Assembly (NCBI GenBank): GCA_964567185.1
Contig: CAZMKZ010000002.1
Location: 4,466-68,465, forward strand
DNA from: an uncultured Thermodesulfobacteriota bacterium
GTDB lineage: Bacteria > Desulfobacterota > GWC2-55-46 > JADFVP01
Direction: 5' to 3'
DNA: 64,000 nt
The notes below the pieces were generated by a model. The model did no database searches. It was given only the letters and a program-made list of their open reading frames with translations, and was not told the DNA's origin. Shown piece after piece: positions 60,552-64,000 of this stretch. The first letter of the stretch is position 1. Each line of letters starts with the position of its first letter. The position numbers and the translations under genes were made by a program.

Positions 60552-60853
60552 CCATACACTAACAGCCGCCCTACTTTTTTATCGGGTTTCCACAACGCCT
60601 GATCTCTGAAAAAATAAAAAAGCCATCCTTACGACCTGTGCGGCTCGTAGAATGGCATTCATTACCCCGCGCCCTTAAGCCCTCCATGAGCGTAAGGATC
60701 TTTATGTACAAACACTATCTTAATTAACATTTTAATGATTTGAGGTCAAAAGTCAAGACAAATTTATCTTTTTTTAATAAAAATTATAAATTATTTTAAA
60801 AAAACCGCCCAACCACCCTTTTTTTGAAAGAAAAGTGTAATCAGCGGTAGCCC

Positions 60854-62380
60854 TCATGAAAAGGACTTTAATTTTCTGCATCTCTTCGGATGTCTCAGCT
60901 TTCGGAGCGCCTTTGCCTCTATCTGGCGTATCCTCTCCCTTGTTACCTCAAAATAGGCGCCCACCTCCTCAAGCGTATGGTCCCTTGTCTCGCCTATGCC
61001 GAACCTCATCCTCAGGACCTTTTCCTCTCTTGGCGTAAGCGTTGAGAGGACCTCGTTCATGCGTCCCGTAAGGTCATTGAGCATCATCTCGTCATGGGGG
61101 ACAGAGGCGTCCTTATCCTCTATGAAGTCTCCGAGAAGGCTGTCCCCGTCTTCTCCCACAGGCGTCTCAAGAGAGATGGGCTCCTTGGCCATCTTTAGGA
61201 TCTTTCTCACCTTATCCACGGGCAGGAGCAGGGACTCTCCGAGCTCTTCCACGGTTGGCTCCCTGCCGCGGTTCTGCACAAAATAATGAACCGTGCGAAG
61301 GAGTTTATTTATGGTCTCTATCATATGGACCGGTATGCGTATGGTCCTTGCCTGATCCGCTATGGCGCGCGAGATGGCCTGACGTATCCACCATGTGGCG
61401 TATGTGGAAAACTTGTACCCGCGCCTGTACTCGAACTTCTCTACGGCGCGCATCAGGCCTATATTGCCTTCCTGGATAAGGTCCATGAACTGCAGGCCCC
61501 TGTTCAGATACCTTCTCGCTATGCTCACCACAAGGCGGAGATTGGACTTTATGAGCAGTTCCCTTGCCGCCCCTATCTCGTGTTCATGAAGACATATGGC
61601 AGTAAGCGTATTCCCCAGGCCCTCATAGTCAAGGCCCACCCTGGCGGCAAGCTCCTCTTCTCTCTTATGGTTCTGCCGGGCCTCACACATCACATCCTTA
61701 ATGGTCCTGCCGCGCAACAGCGGCCCTGCCGGACCCTTGCCGCCTTTTTCGGCGCGGGCCACCATGTTCTCAAGGCGCCGTATCTTTCTCCTTATCCTCT
61801 TGAAATCCCCCTCATATCCCGTAAGCCTCTCAATGGACGCTCCGAAGATATTACTGCGTTTATCTATGTCAAGGAGAAGGTTAAGGCACTTCTCTGTCGG
61901 TCTCTTGCCGGCCTTCCAACTTGCCGCGGACCTGCCGTAAATCTTCTTTATATTATCTATCTTATGGAATACATCCTGAAGGTCTGACTCCGCCTCGCTT
62001 AAAATCCTCTCATCGTCGTCATATTCTATTACCTCACGGCCCTCGGAGCTTTTCCCCCGTAGCCTCTCCTTAAGCGAATCAAGTTCTTCTATTATCACCT
62101 TCGTCTTCAGCAACTCTATGGCCACGCCGAACATGCCCTGCTCAACGGTCCTGGCAAGACGCACCTCTTCGTCCCGCGTAAGGAGCCGTACGGCACCCAT
62201 CTCTTTCAAGTAGGCCCTTACAGGGTCTTTGACGGCGCTGGGCTGCGCCACGGCAAGGGGCGGGGCGGACTGAATGGGTTCGGAGGCCACAGGCCTTGCG
62301 GGCATGGCCTTGACTGCCTTCTTATCCCCCTGCATATCTCTTGATCTAGCCATAATAAAAGTATCGAACCATACAGGCAA
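60854..62380 (-). CDS. rpoD: RNA polymerase sigma factor RpoD (sigma70)
   Basis: Regions 1.2 through 4 are present. Confidence 0.95.
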   Translation of the reverse strand: MPVWFDTFIMARSRDMQGDKKAVKAMPARPVASEPIQSAPPLAVAQPSAVKDPVRAYLKEMGAVRLLTRDEEVRLARTVEQGMFGVAIELLKTKVIIEELDSLKERLRGKSSEGREVIEYDDDERILSEAESDLQDVFHKIDNIKKIYGRSAASWKAGKRPTEKCLNLLLDIDKRSNIFGASIERLTGYEGDFKRIRRKIRRLENMVARAEKGGKGPAGPLLRGRTIKDVMCEARQNHKREEELAARVGLDYEGLGNTLTAICLHEHEIGAARELLIKSNLRLVVSIARRYLNRGLQFMDLIQEGNIGLMRAVEKFEYRRGYKFSTYATWWIRQAISRAIADQARTIRIPVHMIETINKLLRTVHYFVQNRGREPTVEELGESLLLPVDKVRKILKMAKEPISLETPVGEDGDSLLGDFIEDKDASVPHDEMMLNDLTGRMNEVLSTLTPREEKVLRMRFGIGETRDHTLEEVGAYFEVTRERIRQIEAKALRKLRHPKRCRKLKSFS

Positions 62381-62395
62381 AAGATGAAGGAAAAC

Positions 62396-64000
62396 TTAGC
62401 GGCCTTTTTTCTCTATCCTCTTCTTTATCTCTTGTGCAAGCTCAGCCTGCCCCGAGTCTGCAAGCCTGCCGAGCATCTCCTTTGTAGCCTTCTTAAGTTT
62501 ACCCCTGTTCAGTATCTTTTTCAAACTATCTTTGAGCATCTTCTCCGGGTCCCCTATAAAGTCGTCATCGTCCCTTAAGAGCCCTGTCTTTATAAAACCG
62601 TCAATCTCAGCCCCGTGCAGGGCCTCGGCTATCTCATCAATCCTTACGGGGCCGGGACCCTCCATGGCCTCGCATATAATGGCCCCCGCCTTTTTAAGGC
62701 CATTGTCCCTGAACGCGGCCACGGCCTCACGGGCCTCAAGACAGTATAGATCAGGCCGGTTAACGAGAACCTTCAATACCGTAAACTCCACGAGGGTCGA
62801 GCCCCTTAGCGAGGCGATGCTGGCGGCCCGTGGCGCGGCATGGGCCTTTGCCTTTACCCCGGGACGCGCCGCGCCGGAACGCAGGGCCTCGTAGACCGAG
62901 GCGGGCGGCATCTGCAGAAGAGAGGCCACATAAGAGGCGTAGTGGTCCCTCTCCGCCACATTCGCCAACCTTGATATATACTGCAACGCGCCCTCAAAAA
63001 AAGCGGCCTTACCCTCGGGGCCTGTAATATCAAGGCTTGACTCCAGCCTCTTGAGATAAAACTCCAGTATGGGCACGGCGGACTTCAAGACCTTTTTCAT
63101 CTCCCCGGGGCCTTTATTCAGCAAAAATTCATCGGGGTCCTTGGCCCCTGTAAGGGCGACAACACGGCATCTCATATCCTCATCAATAAAGAGCTCCATA
63201 CTCCTCAGGGCCGCCTTTACCCCGGCCTCATCGGCGTCAAAAAGGGTATAAATGCTCCCGGCATATCCACGCAGTATCCTTATATGCCCCTTTGTAAGCG
63301 CCGTTCCAAGGGTGGCCACCGTGTTGGTGAACCCCGCGGAATGCATGGCCAGCAAGTCAAAATACCCCTCAACAACGATGGCAGAGCCAAGCTCCTTTAT
63401 GGCCGGGCCGGCCTGCGATAACCCGAAAAGGGTCTCGCCCTTCTTGAAAAGCTCTGTCTCCGGCGAGTTCAGATACTTTGGCCCACGCTCTCCAAGCTCC
63501 CTGCCGCCAAAACCTATAATCCTCTCTCTAATATCTGTTATGGGAAAGATGAGCCTCTCTCTGAACCTGTCGTAATAGCCCTTATCCCCCCTGCTTACAA
63601 GCCCTGCCTTTGCGGCGAGCCCCGCTGGATATCCTGCCCTCTCAAGATAACGGACGAGGCCGCTCCACCCCGGCGGGGCGTAGCCAAGGGCAAAACGCTC
63701 AAGAAGCCCCCTGTCCTTAAAACCCCTTTTTTGGAGATATTTCCTTGCATTCGCGCCCTCGCCGGAAAAAAGCCTCTTTACAAAGTAATCCCTTGCCGCA
63801 CTGTTAACCTGATAGAGAGAATCCTTTTGGCCGCCTCTTTTTCCCCTATCCTCCTTTATGGTGACGCCGCAACGCGAGGCCAACTCCCTCACGGCATCGG
63901 GAAAGGGCAGGCCGTCTTTTTTCATAAGAAAGGTGATGGCGCTTCCTGTCTCATGACAGCCGAAACAGTGAAATATCTTCTTATCCTCATTAACGGAAAA
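62396..64000 (-). CDS. dnaG: DNA primase DnaG (N-terminus runs off the window end)
   Basis: TOPRIM domain. The in-frame extension to the window edge encodes the zinc finger FSVNEDKKIFHCFGCHETGSAITF. Confidence 0.9.
   Translation of the reverse strand, partial: FSVNEDKKIFHCFGCHETGSAITFLMKKDGLPFPDAVRELASRCGVTIKEDRGKRGGQKDSLYQVNSAARDYFVKRLFSGEGANARKYLQKRGFKDRGLLERFALGYAPPGWSGLVRYLERAGYPAGLAAKAGLVSRGDKGYYDRFRERLIFPITDIRERIIGFGGRELGERGPKYLNSPETELFKKGETLFGLSQAGPAIKELGSAIVVEGYFDLLAMHSAGFTNTVATLGTALTKGHIRILRGYAGSIYTLFDADEAGVKAALRSMELFIDEDMRCRVVALTGAKDPDEFLLNKGPGEMKKVLKSAVPILEFYLKRLESSLDITGPEGKAAFFEGALQYISRLANVAERDHYASYVASLLQMPPASVYEALRSGAARPGVKAKAHAAPRAASIASLRGSTLVEFTVLKVLVNRPDLYCLEAREAVAAFRDNGLKKAGAIICEAMEGPGPVRIDEIAEALHGAEIDGFIKTGLLRDDDDFIGDPEKMLKDSLKKILNRGKLKKATKEMLGRLADSGQAELAQEIKKRIEKKGR

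Noticed and set aside
1-64000. CRISPR arrays, IS elements, integrases or phage genes
   Set aside because: I saw no regularly spaced direct repeats and no transposase ORFs. The only recombinase is the conserved xerC next to hslVU. The region looks like core chromosome.

Overview
This window reads as a chromosomal segment from a moderately GC-rich, probably anaerobic bacterium. The mix of a multihaem cytochrome, beta-propeller-repeat (SBBP) proteins, a sigma54-controlled type IV pilus and a hslVU-xerC gene order suggests Deltaproteobacteria, Nitrospirae or similar. It is densely coding and mostly on the minus strand. From the 5' end there is a type IV pilus (T4P) assembly operon (pilP partial, pilO, pilN, pilM) preceded by a small XRE regulator. 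Next comes a minor-pilin operon (FimT/GspH-like, PilV, a 1072-aa PilW-like protein with FN3 repeats, a 559-aa PilX-like protein). A perfect sigma54 promoter drives it, and it sits immediately downstream of a pilS-pilR two-component pair with its own terminator. After pilD and an orphan HEPN protein come housekeeping genes: argJ, secA, an M23 peptidase, a crp-family regulator, tldD/pmbA, recN-nadK, an ADH plus class I aldolase pair, folK, dapL, argGFDB, hslVU, xerC, lepB, lepA. Then follow a large secreted SBBP beta-propeller protein, hpt, a fused APH-like/P-loop kinase, queC with a translationally coupled micro-ORF, an Slp lipoprotein with a Tyr/Gly/Pro tail, and a dGTPase-like HD protein. A DUF948/YtxH pair, an AIR-synthase-like protein and a zinc-ribbon protein translationally coupled to an AmmeMemoRadiSam-type radical SAM enzyme come next, followed by an MTH1187-family gene, alpha-carbonic anhydrase, greA, rlmD, engB, hisS, acs and rpsU. 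A secreted pentahaem c-type cytochrome is inserted between rpoD and rpsU, and dnaG runs off the 3' edge. I found no rRNA, tRNA, CRISPR or mobile elements. The most unusual content is the giant minor-pilin locus with its sigma54 control, the zinc-ribbon/radical-SAM couple, the orphan HEPN, and the cytochrome inside the dnaG-rpoD-rpsU (MMS) gene cluster.
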